Of a stretch of DNA of 64,000 nucleotides, positions 12,553 to 27,122 are shown one piece after another (position 1 is the stretch's first letter; every line of letters starts with the position of its first letter). A program made the translations under genes and the position numbers. The notes below the pieces were generated by a model, which saw only the letters and a list, made by a program, of their open reading frames with translations, did not search any database and was not told the DNA's origin. This stretch comes from Tubulanus polymorphus (lineage: Eukaryota; Animalia; Nemertea), in NCBI RefSeq assembly GCF_964204645.1, contig NC_134031.1, positions 3,224,001 through 3,288,000 on the forward strand, in the 5' to 3' direction.

Positions 12553-14589
12553 CCATGCATAGATACATTAAGGAGCGAATAGTATATAGTAGACGCTAAA
12601 GAAGGGAGATGGTTTCGACGTCCGTTTTCTTCGATCGTTTCTTGTGGATATTTTGCGCTGATCGATGATACGCAACTAGAAAACCACGGTGGAAATCGAT
12701 TGTATCATATTCGTAATCTCGTAGATTAATTACGGTTAGCGATTTACTATGAGTTCCCATTCGTGGTTATCGATAAGCAAGGTAGGTGTTAGCTTTTTTA
12801 TTTTCACAAAACGCTGATAATTAGACGGAATAGATTTTTGCTTTTTTGGTCGCGAATGGAAAATATTCGACTAAGCGGCGAATGCGTGAGATCGAGACGA
12901 TTCTAGCGCGAGAGAAAATCTACATCGCTGAACGTAGAATTATGATTGGATTTGCGTTATATATTTTTGCTCTGCCTAATTTTCATGCAATTTCGAAAAA
13001 AAATAGTTTGCAAAAATACCTAAGGAAAAGATGAATTATACATGGATTTTCCCAGACTCCCATAGACTTCCCCACTCCGGTGACGGAAAAGTCAAGGAAC
13101 ATCAAATATATACTTTAGGTTATTTTTCGTAAGATTCGTTGAAAAGACACGCCAGCAGCCAACTCGGAAAACCACTCTAAAATAGGGTGAATTCTTTTGA
13201 AATTTACCAAAACTCGAAATATAACGAAACAGTCGCTGAGAAAGAGGCTGCAGAATCCAACCAAGCCGCACATGGTCCCGGAGTTATTTAAAATTGGTAG
13301 GGTTTCGTGGTTTAAAAGCTGAAATGCAGTCTCTATCAACAAGCATATGTAAGGCTATTGTGTCAATGTCCAGGCGGCTTTAGTATTTTATGATTTTACG
13401 TTGTACTAGTGGTTTCCCTGAAAAAAACCAGCTAGCACCTTCAACATAATCGTGATAGAGAACGTCATTGATCCGAGGAACAATAGTAAACCGTGGTTAG
13501 CAATCCCATGGCCTGCGATCGACACCTTAGAGAGTGCGATTATTCAGGTCCAGAGTCCGGGTCCGGGTCCAGGTCCGGGTCCGTCTTTTGGTCGTCATCG
13601 CAGAATGTGTATGCATGGTAAAGTCGTATCGATACGGAGAGATCCATAGTCCCAGCTGAACGTCGCGTTGTTGTGTTCTGTAGTTCTGATGTGTAAGCTT
13701 GTAACCGCGGCATCAATTTCTTCGTCACCGTGTTCAAACATTGACACTGAACGGTTGGTTAAATAAAACGAGAAAAAAATGTTCATAACGCCTTTATCTT
13801 CTGGCGACGGAAGACGAATTAAGGGAGAAAGACAAAACAGAGATCGATTTCTTTCTTTCGGCGCAATCGGTGAAAGTGTTCGGTACGTTGAATGCCCATG
13901 ATTACCTCCACAATGACAAACGTGCCAAAATCGGGATTTGAGGACGATATACTCAATACTTAAGAAAATCTTCCGGCAAGGTTTTTCAACAAAGACAAAA
14001 TACTAGACTAGTATATTCGGGACTTTTTTCGAAGCTGCAAAAAACACTAAAAAGGCAAAAAGATTTACTAGCATCGTTATATTATCTGTATTCGAGACAG
14101 GGATATGGTTTTGACACTTGCGTTATTTAGTGGGACTTTTAATTTATGGATCGAGTTCCACAGTTGTTCGTTAGAATCAACTCTGAGCTAGAATATTTTC
14201 AATGAGTTAACTCTTGTTTAGTCAAATCTTAATTCAGAATCGAGGAACTAACCCCTGGTCCCGTTTCCACAGTTGTGAGTTAGAGATACAACAGATTGAT
14301 TGACGACGGAATATATTTCGAATTATGCTTGGATTCCGGATGTTCGTCTAGAATCAGTAGAGAATTAGACTTGGATATTTCCTATACACATATAAGACGT
14401 TCCTGTCTCGTTTGAAGCGATTTTATACGATACGTGTTCACCCGAAAACGTGTGTATCTTTCCGTGCGTGGAGCCTCTTCCGAGAACGTTCAGTTTCGAT
14501 CAGAACGGTGTAAGTTATTCCGTGACATGAGTCGCCGGGCATCGCTATAACGCGGGCCGCTCGTTTCGGCTCTCTGTCGGACTGAAGAG

Positions 14590-14685
14590 TCTTGCCGTTG
14601 AACTTAGTCCACTCCTCGATATAATCTAGCCAGCTTTTTCTAAGGCGGCCTCTGTTTCTCTGCCATTATGTGTGCCTTGAAAGTA
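14590..14685 (-). mobile_element. 5'-truncated non-LTR retrotransposon fragment (RTE-like ORF2 C-terminus)
   Basis: The minus strand reads FQGTHNG/(frameshift)RNRGRLRKSWLDYIEEWTK, matching the GxxxGxRxRGRPRKxWxDxIKEW motif that ends RTE-clade ORFs. Confidence 0.6.
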
Positions 14686-17600
14686 ATAAAGAAACGAATA
14701 AAGAAACGAATCTCACAAGACAAGGTTCCATGAAAATACACAAACCACTAGATACTCAAACATCCTACGCACCAGAAAAACTTTCAAAAAGATATACAAG
14801 TCAGGAGATATAGTTGTCCAGAATATTTCGAATCATCTTAGGCCTAAGTCAACCATTGACCATCGTTTCAGCCAAATTAGTGCAACAAACGAATTCTAAA
14901 AATCAAAAAAGAGAATTCCGACTTGAGCTGGACTTTGATATCATCGACCAAATTATAAAAATGGCTTAAGACCTACGAATTTTTTTATCGAAATCGGGAC
15001 GAAAGTATCAATTTTTAAAATGACCGATTAAAAAGTCTAGTAATTGTCAGATGTTTTTCATAGCGGCGACCAAGTTTAGACCAATGCGACAAGAAGTAAA
15101 AAGACCTGTGCAGTTTTGGTTGGTGTATTTGATACCACAGACGATGAGTGCCTTCGGGGAATCAGGTGACTGGAAAAGGTGAAAAGTAACCACGCTTTTG
15201 ATGCTTAATTCAGCTTCGTTTCGTATTTGCATGATTGCGCACACATTTAATTTCCCGATGATTAGAGAGACCTTTGAATGCTGGATTCCCATTCAAAAAC
15301 GCGATCCATGATTGCAGTTTGTGATTACGTGTTAGCATCTCGGATTGGATTTCGCGTCCGTCGATCGTGCAAAATCTACAATGTTGTCATGGATACTTGG
15401 TTAATATGCGCTTTATATCTCAACTCGGAATAATCCGGCAATTAATTAATATACATATATACATCCATATAATATATATGTGTGTATTCTAAGATCATTT
15501 TACGCAAATATTGCGTCCCTGGTTTTTTATGTTCAAGCTTTTTCTTATCGTGTTCCCTTCTTAAAGATCCTGCTTCCTTATTAACTGCTGAATGATCAGC
15601 GCCGCCGTACAAAATGCGTATAGCAATTAAGCTATTTGCGAATTACCGCGATACTTCGCTATATCTCGTGTACTTGAGCAATTTAATTGCTTCGATGAAT
15701 CAGAAGACGTTCGGCCAGATTCAGCTGCAAACGGAAATTGTCGATAAGTCGCCGCCGCCGCCATGCGCGTAGGGCACCGGTGACAAATCAAGATGCCACG
15801 CGGCTGGACAATAAATCCTCCGTTAGTATCGAACCCCATATATTTCCGTCAAAAAATGAATAGTAGGTGAAATAGGTGCGTAGAAAGGTACAACGATAGC
15901 AGACGAAATGAGTTAGAAGTGAATATCACGTTTCCAGTCGGCTATCATCTACGTAAGCGATCATCAGACATACTGATAATAAAATTACATGATGCATAAA
16001 TATACTTGTATATTCTAAACTTTCTACGTGTTCATCTGGCATGGAAATTGTATTTCAACTTGTCCTATTATGAAATGCTACAGGTGCTACAGATGAAGTT
16101 TCAATACGAACCGCGCCTGTGTTAGTAGTTTGAACGGACATCGATTCGGACCTAGTTCGACTGTTTATTTCAAGATGGCGCATATGGCTCGACCGGATGT
16201 TTATGCTGTTTCTTTTTTCCGCTAATTTTTACGTACGAAGCAAGAGGAACGAATAAGCTTTTCGTTGGACCATCGCATCATGCTGTCGAGGTCTTGCGGT
16301 CTATATCGCCAGAAATTTGGCAACGAACGGCTAAATTTTCCATTCATTATTTTGTGTATATTGAACGGTAGAACAGTCAGAAGTGGATTATTAACTCCCG
16401 CTATGTATAAATTCGAAAAATTTAAAAGCGAGATTTACCATTCAAAAAAATTAAAAAAGGATATTTTTCGAAGTCTAAGTAGCGGCCATCGCACGTAATA
16501 AATCTTAAGAAAGGGTCAGTCTATTTCATGAATGGGTTACGGGCTATGGGAGATTGCATGTTTGGCACAGGTATGGGAAAAGGTGATCGTGGTTCTGTGG
16601 CAATCAGTCTCTATTCGGATAATAGAATACTATATATCGTAATAAGCATCCTACTCTATCTGCTATCTGTAGTCTTCTATTGTGTGTCGCGTGTCTTATG
16701 TAATGGAGATCTCGAACGAATCTTCCATTTTCTAGCAGTGATGCTGATTGCGAATGTCCGTGGAGACCGGACCAACATTAACTCTTAACAAACCCTTCGG
16801 ATTTTTTCCTTTTATTTTGTATCATAAAAAAGCAATACCCTCACCTAGGTTGGACTGATGATTTATCTATTAATTTCGGCAGATCTCAAACGGATTTTCC
16901 AAGATCTTTCCCGACTTAAAGAAATCTTTTAATCGTGAATTCTAAAATAAACAATTTCAAATTTCTCCAAAAAGTAAAAAATGGTTCGGCTTCCTTTGAT
17001 ATGACCGTTAATTCTAGTCGTCTGTCGAATGGTGAATTTTTTTTACGTGTTCCATCAACGAAAGCTGTTCAAGTAAAAAGGAGTGCTATGTTTTTCATAC
17101 TTTCATCGCATCTCAACGAACTCCACTGGATCCAACAGACCAACTTCTCGGTATTGTTCAACCGTTTGCCGTTAATTGGCGCACATCGATACCGCAATCG
17201 ATTCCTGGCGACGTTTCGTAGAGCAAAAGTCTTGATCCAAAGCATAAATTCATCAAACTTGAAGTCGGTGAACATCAGAGAAAAAATGGTCCGTCTCGCA
17301 AGCTCGCGGGTGCTCTACCAACACGATTACCATTACTATTCTCGATGCCAATTGCATATGTTTTAATAACTGATTCCACCTACACGCCGAATTCGTATTT
17401 TCATTTTCGCATTCTGGAGCGGATATTTTGCGCGGCTATCATTTTATATATCGGTCTACGTACACGGTATGTACTGCACCCGACGTTGTGTTGTTGGTTC
17501 AACTCTAACAGTAGTTGTTGCAGGCTCTAATTTAGCGCTGCGAACTCCACAGCAGTGATGATCTGGAACGCAGCATAATTGGTCAAATTGTATACATCTA

Positions 17601-19824
17601 CAGTGCTGTTTAGAGCATTATGTGTGTCACTGAGTTATTTTCTTGTATTGCTTCCAGTCTCGTAGTAGTGCATCGCCAGCACAACATGGACTACTGAATG
17701 CCAAAACTGCGTCGAACGCAAGGCTATTAATTCACCAGGACAATTCTTTCGGCTGTCGTATTAAGGTAAGCTCTTAGTGTTTCCACGGTAACCTATTAAA
17801 ACTTTTATGTCAAATCCATTCTCAGTGATCAAAGGCGAGGGCGAATTTCTAGGCACCCGCGGCAATGAAGGGGAACTTCAAGCAGTTCGTTCAAGCAGGA
17901 ATTTCTGTCTTTGACTCAGTTTGTACATAATCGCCAGATGCTATTCGAACAATGCGTCGTAACTTGTGTGTTCTATTGTCTTTGCTTCATGCGGTAGTAA
18001 TTAAGAATGCCACAGATGAAGAAAATGTGCATCTTCCTGCTCAGCAGATCTCGGTAAATCATTGATAAGGCTTTCTTTGTTCGCGTAGAGTGCGAAGCGT
18101 TATTGCGAGACGAACGTAAAAAGAATTGTTTCGATGATATTGAACAAGTTCGGTTTGAACTCATTTTGATGACCCATTATTCGCATCCACCAAGTCTTCT
18201 TTCGCGTTAAGATTATCGTCAATCTTCCCTTTATGCTGGGTTGCTTCAAATCTCGGTGGCGGTGTAGAGTCTATTCCTGGCATCACTCCAATCGATAGGG
18301 AAACCGAAACCCCCGAACCCGCTAATAATGCTCTCGGTGGCCCTCTTGTTGTAGGAACGAAAAAAAAAATGATGAATAATATTATTTCACATCGGATATG
18401 GGTGAAGCTGCTGGTATAGGAAATGAATAAGGGAGAATGCACTAATTTTTGCGCTGGAATTCTGAGTGGAATCATATGGCTGGAAAACCAGGATATATTC
18501 GGGAAAACTGCTGGCTAGACGGTGGCACCTTTATCCGGTAGAGCTCTGAGGCGACATGCAAAATACTGATTCTTCGTGTATCAGGCAACATTCAGGGAGG
18601 ATTTTGAGGAAGCCCGCGATTTCATTTCTGCCGATACGACATTATTGCATGATGTTTTAGAAACACTTTTATTGCTCATAAAATTATCCATCTTTTTAAA
18701 TTCCTAAATTTTAGATAGGCTCAAACCAGGGCCAGGCGTCGGCGTGACGCTGTCATCTATGTACAATTTAAATCTATGTACAATTTAGCCTAGGAAGTTT
18801 TGCCCCCACCCCCTCACTCTATTCTAGATTTCTGGATCCAATCCTGCCATTGACCAGTGTTTGACCGCCATTGCTCATTTATACACGGGCTTCGTTAATC
18901 CCGATTCAAGTGTACGATGTTTGTTCTTCGCGTCCGATGTTGATGGAAATGCCTCTTTAAACGATTTGCTTTATCGATATAACGAGCTGGTCATAATACT
19001 CAATACCATCTGCATGATTTCCAGTTCGACGCCGTGGCTTAGCGCAATATAAATGTCATCATTTTCGTAACACACCGCACCGCGCTATCAAAAATTAGCG
19101 ATGTGTAGAAAAGCAATTCATCAATTCCACCGCACGATATCATACACGTATCTATCGAACTTTACCGCGAGATTCGGCGACGAACTTAATAATGCATTTT
19201 CGTGACGACTTGTTCATATAAAAGGTAGGATTAGGATTCGAGTGACGATTATTGTTACGGGGATTAAAAATGTTTACCAAATCGATATGAAATAAAATGC
19301 TGGATGGAATCTGTTTCCTGTCGCGCACTTGTTAGACGCTCTCGGAATTTTTCCAGACCATCAAGGGCCGATAATCATATTTTTCCTTACCGCTTTCTCG
19401 AGAACAAGTCGGGCTTTTTAGTTTCTGTTCACGTCTCGTCCAGACGCTCTCTCGCTATATTTTGGACTCGTAGTTAATGGCCCGTGGTATCGTATTACGT
19501 TTAGCAGTCGTGACATCTTTTTGACCCCCGTTCGAGTAGCTGGAGTTATTGACCGCACACGAACTATTTGCTCGCCGGATCATTCGTCGTTCGTTAAATC
19601 ACGGGATTGATAATAACGATTAACGATAACTTACTATCTAATCAAATGCTGTTTGGTTTTACCTTAAAAAACGTCAGGCGTATATGTTGATATTGATGAT
19701 TTTATACCTGTCAAACCGTAGTTTCAGATTTGTACCTATCAGGGCTCGTTGTACGGTATAATGGCCTAAACCGGTGTTCATTAAGTTACGATATTTATTT
19801 ACTTCGGTTTTCGTAGTTAGTCGA

Positions 19825-20078
19825 CTAAAGTAGTCTCGAGTAGTCGGGGCTGCTGATTACCGAGAGTCTTGAACGCTTAAACGTCGGCCATCTTGGAACT
19901 AGGTCCGGACTACAGCGCCCTTGCTCAGTTGCCTGGTCGGCTTTTTCCGGACTTAACTTCCGACTGACATTCGATTTACCTTTGGTTCGTAAATAGTCGA
20001 CTAACTCCGATAACCGAAGTTCGCCAGCGTTGTCCTTTTCCTCTTTTTTCGCATTCCCATCGCGAACGGCTTCGGGGT
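19825..20078 (-). other. Open exon-like segment (DPEAVRDGNAKKEEKDNAGELRL...DYSRLL*)
   Basis: An acceptor-like tgttgttatcaag is followed by 84 open codons ending in TAG. It lies inside the pseudogene span; it could be a pseudo-exon or a separate terminal exon. Confidence 0.3.
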
Positions 20079-23000
20079 CTTGATAACAACATATATATGA
20101 CCAAAAAAAACATGACATACAACGTAGTAAACTGAATGAATAAAATGCATTCGCAAATAAACGGGGTTTGCATAAACACGTATTGATTACGAAAGATAGA
20201 CTACGGCCCCATAGAAATGGGACACAGAATAGCTAAAGGCCCTGTTTATTATTTTCTCTATCTGTTATCCATGTATTTCACGTTATGCCGGTATAGCTAA
20301 AAATCACATCTTACGAGTTATTCTACGTCATACGTTCTCAATTACCGAACGATCACGTCATTTGCATACAAATTTTGTGTCAAGAGCGGTTTATTGTTTG
20401 CCGATAATTAAGTACTTCGTCGTGAAACTTAAGCTTTTTTTCCCTGGGATTATACGGGCATGTACGTAATTTATGCGGATGGCTATTTTCGGTGAGATTC
20501 GGTCGTGTCGGCGACCTGTTTAATCCGATTCGTTCGGTTCTATCCATTAAGATTTCAAGAAAATGTGTCGTTTTAATACTAGTTGCATGACGTTAATCTT
20601 AAAGCGAGTTAATCGCTGCAGGAAGGTAACTCGCTCGGACGTAGTCAAGGTAATTAAGATGCGGTATTCAATCTGGACGCGCGTATGCAAATCCGACTAC
20701 TTATTCAATCAGCTATGATTTATAGCTCATACCTTTCGCAGAATCAGTTCGAAATTTATTCATTCTGAATTATCTTTTAAAAACTGAATTGACTTTCGAG
20801 TGGAAATGCCTCGAACCATAGTCTTTGTGTACGTCTGGCATCGCTCTGGTGCGAGATGACTTCATTGGATAAGAAATTGAGTTGAGCAAAATAGATTATT
20901 ATCACGACTTTAAGCCGTGCACCGAAATACCAAATACCCTTCAGACTTAAATCGCGCAAAGAGGCTTTCAGGCAAAGGTTTTTTAAATTGGAGGAAAATA
21001 GATGGATCGGTTTTAATTTCATTCTAAAAATATGATTTCACTTTTTGTATTTACAGACCTCCAAGTTCAAACAGTTTTTAAAGATTCCAATTTCATTTGT
21101 ATTTACAAACAAGAAAATGAACTTGAGCTGACGCTTTGAAATATAAAATAAACGTATTGCGTAATATTATCGACAATGAATAACATGATATCAATATAAA
21201 TGATCAAGCAAGTTATTTTGTAGTTGAATATAAACAGCTGAATTGAATTGACCGGCACCAGTCTATTATAGCCCCAATATCGATGACGTTGTGCACATCC
21301 GCTCACATAATACCCGTCGTTGGAAAACATGAAGATGTATCAAATAGAAAATAAAAGTCATGAAACTCAATCGATTTCAAAATAAACGCGAAATTGTAAT
21401 TGTAATTTTGAAACGCAAACATCGATGACGTAAAGTGCACATCGACTCACATACTATACTACTAACGCATAGTATAGTTATCAAATAGCTAAGATTTGGA
21501 ATCTTCCTTCTATCTAGAAAATGTTATTGTCGGTGGGCGAAATTACTTGAACACATTCCGATGTAATGATGCAATAAGTCTCTCATATCGCGACTATGAA
21601 TTGAACGATGTGATAACGCATACGGTGTCGTGTGAACGGATAAAAAATGTGCCATTCCAACAAGTGTCATCTCTCCTCTATCTCCCCGTATCCGTAAATT
21701 ATCCTCACGGCCATAAACAAGCCACGTTCGGCGCCGCTTTCATAGCAAGCAATCAGAATAGTTATACATTCCTGTGTGTGAATGTGCGGATGGATGGTTT
21801 TGATTATCAAAAGATAAAATCGTACACGACGTTGACCTGACTCGGGTCCCGCTGTTGAAATGACGCCGCTATTAATAGCGCGTTTCGAAGCGATGTAGCA
21901 AGGCCGTATCCCCGACCCTTCCGGCAACGTCCTCTATCCCTACTACAGTAACGATTTTTAGGTATCTGATTTGAGTTTATTGACGCCTTGAATACCACGC
22001 TTGATATTGTCGGCGATGAATGATATAACATCAATGATATAATATCAGGAACAATGAAGCCGTTTCGAATTTCAATTTGAATAAATTGACAATTGTATTG
22101 AATTGACCGGCAACCAGTCTACCCTCAATATCAATGACGTAATGCACATCCACTTAGATTCTGAAATCTAGGAGTGCGGAATATTTAGATGATCTTTACA
22201 GAATTTTTTGTTTGAATCGAAGCACATAATCGCAAAATCCCGGTTCTGGTTTGAGTGAACAATCTTGCATCCAGCCAGAACCGGAAGGCGACTAATCGGA
22301 TTTGCCTTTCACTGGCTGCCTAATCCAATACGTTCTTTGGAAAGAACTGTTAAAGGCCAAGATCGTATTGTCCTTTTTTGTAGTTCTTTGCCGCTTTTTA
22401 CGTGGAAATGGTGCGAGTGTTCTTTTAGTTTTTTCTTTCTCGAGTGATGTTGCAATGTAGAGTTCCTATATGGCTTTTAATATGTATGCCCCGTCTTAAC
22501 CTGAATATCCGTATTGAAGTTGTAGAATTACTTCACGCTCTTACAGAAACCTTACGGCGAAGGTATTTGCATCGCCAACATTTCAATGGCTTTTGCTACA
22601 ATCTCAATCGGATAAAAAAGGCGTCGCTCCATTTTGAAAAAGACCACGTTTGATTCTGAACAGAGACTTCGCAAAATGACTTAATCTTTCATTTCAAAAA
22701 GAGTTTTATGGATTCAACTGTTCCATCTAAAGCTGTTCGGTTGATTATCATGAACTATAATGCAAAAACTAAACAGCTCACAGCTCACTCCTTTCCCATG
22801 GAATCTCATTTCACCTTTTAAGCTAGCCATTTTAAAAAGAACCACACGCAAAAGGTGTGCCCGTGCATTTTTGCCATGAATAATTTCGCTTCGTTTTTTT
22901 CCCACCGTACATAAAGCAATTATCGAGTGATAGCGATGCTCAGATTAAGGTCCTTCAGATTGCTAGTTGAGAGCAGTCATCCCGAGGATCCATTGACTTA

Positions 23001-24847
23001 ATATACGGCAAATTATCGATCTGGCGGCTATTTTTAGCGTTGTATTACGTTTATACCGGAGACATCAACCGTCGGCATCCCGTGCATCGCCGCCGATGCG
23101 TCGCACGGAGAATTCAAAATCCAATCAAATTAACAGTGAACATCCTGCCGTGTCGCACCACCAGCGTATTTAGTGATGACGAATTCGCCCATACTTTCTA
23201 CAATTGTATATAAACTCTGGACCGATTCTCGGTGCAAAAAAAAGGATGAAAGGTAGCGGGCAGGTCCAGGGGTGTCTCGCATTGAAGCGCTCAAAGAAAT
23301 CGGAAATGCCCTTCTTGAAGAATGGGAGAAAAAATCAAAACGACTCGGGAACCAAAATGGATGTTTCGCCAAAATTCCACTAGTTACAAATGTTCTACGG
23401 TTTTACCGTCAATTGGGGATGATTCCTATAAATGTGCCTTCTGAAAAAGTGTCATTTTTTCTGTGGTGAGGTAGTAAAAAATTGAACCCAAAATCTGCGG
23501 TTGGGGTCGTCGCTGGCGGTTGCAGAGAAATGCGTCGCAAGCAATCGCATTCCGTCGCAACGCGACTGTGGCAATCGAAGATCCGCTAGGGGCGCTACTA
23601 ATTTTAAGCGTACTGCGACCCTATTGAAAAATAGAATAATGCTATAGACCATCCTCGGTAAACAAGGAATCGTTCCCTGAGAAGGGGTAGAAATCAAATT
23701 GCGTGTAGAAATTGTTATTCCGATGGCATTCTGCCAATACAATTAGGTCATGGTGTACAATTAGGTCATTCGAGTTAAAGATGGTTACCAAGCAGCTCGT
23801 TGCTTCTCAGCACCTTTGAATAGTTGATTTTATTGTAACTCGTCCAGTTTTTTATTTCTGGATTTCCGTTTGAATATTTCAAGTCGACTAATACCGTGTA
23901 ATACAGGGGACGACTATCAATCATAGCAGATTTCATCGTCGAGTCGAAGTTGAATTTTATCAGATCAGTCAACTCAACTAAAAGCTTGTTCTGCGTTGAG
24001 CGATAACGGAAATTCAACATGTAATTGATATTTCTGCGGACATGTCGTTAAAGGCAAAACGACACGCGGATGTTGATGTCAATAAACGTATTGTCGACTC
24101 AGATTGCGACGCGGACCTTTATCTAATCACCGCTGGAAAACAGGTGAATTGGGCTTCATTTACATCGTTTCCGTCAGAAGGAATTGAACTTGACACTGAG
24201 TTTGCTTTTTCACGCAGTCTTCGTAGCTATGTGTACATAAACACCGACGAATCTGCGGCACCGGCGAGTTTTGGTTTATGGAATAACATGATGTAATCCA
24301 TAATCCATCATAACCTCACTACGCGCTGGATGTCCGCCATATTATATTCCTCGCTGCTACCAGAATGTATGGGAAGTCGAATTTTTTTCTTCACGATCCT
24401 ATCGACAAACACGACGTGGAACGGCGAGACGTTCGACTGATTGCAGCCTTCTCTTCTACAAGTCTCATTTTTTTCGACGAATCTATATTAAGCGTTGGAT
24501 TTTCATTTCGCGAATGTGCTTGGACTTTGAAAGACTTCGTCCCTCGCGTTTCGCTGCATTCTTTTTCTTAATTTCGCCACGAGATGGATCGCGTCGGGTA
24601 TTCGAGAAGCGAAACACCAACTATCCCGCTGGAGGCGTTTCGCGTGCTCACTCTTACACTTTCAATATCAATCAACTTTGAATCGAATATTTAGGTTTTT
24701 ATTATCACAAGACCTTCATAATATAGATTAGATTCAACTCTACTTACTGATATATAATTTTCATTCATAACTGATTTATTGGAGATAAAAGTTCATTAGA
24801 TTTTAACTGAAATGTAGCAGAAATTAATCGCGGAAGACCGAGTAACT

Positions 24848-24885
24848 ACTAGCGAACCTGGTGGATCCTCGATTGCCACAATATA
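24848..24885 (+). repeat. Dispersed repeat family B (CTAGCGAACCTGGTGGATCCTCGATTGCCACA)
   Basis: Copies at ~26435-26480 and 41065-41135, and reversed at 28940-28998 and 23565-23590. Confidence 0.75.
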
Positions 24886-26895
24886 GCGTCGGAGGTTCCC
24901 CATTGTGGAATACGTTCGATATTACGGGTTGCTACCCGCGCTGAGCGTAATTTATTTGCCGTAATACGAATATATCTTCCGCACGACTTCAGCCGACTAC
25001 TTACATTATACAAGAGTTCACGAGAGCATTGTTTACGTGCGGTAATCTCTCTTACTGAGAGAGAACAAGAAAAAGAAGAACATATACAGCCAACGACTTC
25101 TTTTAGTATATAACTGCCGATAATACACAGCACGATACAGAATTCTCCGATGCTGCGTCATTAAAGTTAATCTAGGCAAACATGTAATTCAGTCCGCCGA
25201 GGTAGTGTTACTGTTCAGCCCCGGGAATTTCATTAGGCTGATTATTCACGATTCTACACGCCGGCCGGTTTCGCTCTCATTTATTTTTGAGAAAGATTCG
25301 TGCGGCTTCGGTTTTACGTATTAGAATATCTAATGTATAATGTAGGATAAGATACCATTTTTATCGATTTACAAAAGCGACCGTGACCGCGATGGCGATT
25401 GAAATCTAAACCACAAATAGCACTATTCAAAAGCCTATTGCACAGACACAAACCCGAAACATGAAACAGAAAAGCTTCTAGGTTATATATAAACAAGAAA
25501 CACGGCCACACACTAACCAGTGTGCGGGAAACACTTCGAAGACCGTCGTGAGGTTAAATGAATAATCCAATAGGGTTAGTCTTCGGAAACCAAGATCCAG
25601 GATCATCGAAATCACCGCCATTTTGATGTGATGTAATTACTACTTTTTCCACCGCTAGTGGCGCTGTATGTTTGTTAGGTCATGCTGCGTAAAAAACGGC
25701 AACCTTTCCTACGACAAACTTTTGTTCCAACACCAAAAGTCATAAGGTGGGACTACGGTTCAGTTAATGTTTGCAAAATTCGAATCCGTTGAATGAAGCT
25801 TGCAGATAATCGAAGCTTTTTTTCGTGTTCAAACAACAGCGCGTTGATTAGATGAAGGGAAAGAGAGGAGACAATCCCAGTCATCGGTGTCGTCGGTTAT
25901 AATGGGACAAAATGAAGTCAAAATCAAACACGTTCGTTCGAACTTATTGACAGAATTCGCGGGCGAAATGAATCTCTATTGATTTCGATGTTCAGAATTC
26001 ACTGATTTTAATCTGTTTGGCGACGAGACTTCAATCAAAAATCGGCAACGCGAGCTGAGCTCATTATACAATGCGGGTATTTACTTTAAAGTCCATTATA
26101 CTGCGTCTCGGTGAGTGCGAGTCACTTTCACGCTGGATAATCAAATGAAATGCCTATTCGAAAGTTTTCTTTTTCAAACGCTCTGCACTATGATGATCCC
26201 GTGCCATCAGCTATCGCGACAGATGGCTTAAGTTTCCATAGGACTTCTTGATCTAAATTCAGTTCATTTTCGATTAGATTTAATCTAGATTTAAGCCTCC
26301 CGCATGAGACATAAGGCAATTTCTGATAGACTTGGATTGTCTTAAGGGTGGGTTCATATATAGCGCGATTTCTATTCATCGTTCATTATTTAAATGCGTA
26401 GATAGGAAATCCGACAGCATTAACCAAATGCACGCTAGCGAACCTGGTGGACGCGAGTGGAATCCTCGATTGCCACAGTCGATCGTCTCATTTGGGCGCA
26501 TTTGCAGTAACATTACTTGGACATATCTTCCCAGCCTATACAATGTGAATTGTATAAAATCATTGTCAAATTAAGCATGTCTGCTATGGGCGATGAGCCC
26601 CTCGGTTCATAAGGCCGAAGGGTTCCTATATGCTAGTTTATATTCTATGGGACGAAAAATAAGACTCGATAGGCCTCGTATCATCAACCCATAAAGCCAC
26701 AGTACTCGTCTAAATGCGGTTTGTACAGGTCGCTCGTTCAAAGAAGCTTTATGTGACATATCAGGTGGTAATCCTTACGAGAAGCATTATAGTAACATTG
26801 ATTAAGCGTGGTGGACTTTTCCACGTGGAGTGATACGCATTCCCCGCAGCCTGTATCGCATATGTTCACTTTCTCGGAACAGTCATTCCCTTTTC

Positions 26896-27122
26896 TTCTC
26901 TCTCTCTCTCTCCCTCTCTCCCTCTCTCCCTCTCTCCCTCTCTCCCTCTCTCCCTCTCTCCCTCTCTCCCTCTCTCCCTCTCTCCCTCTCTCCCTCTCTC
27001 CCTCTCTCCCTCTCTCCCTCTCTCCCTCTCTCCCTCTCTCCCTCTCTCCCTCTCTCCCTCTCTCCCTCTCTCCCTCTCTCCCTCTCTCCCTCTCTCCCTC
27101 CCTCCCTCCCTCCCTCTCTCTT
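26896..27122. repeat. Pure polypyrimidine minisatellite, (TCCCTCTC)n with (TC)n flanks
   Basis: An 8-bp unit is repeated more than 20 times. It produces the spurious LSLSPSLP ORFs. Confidence 0.97.
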
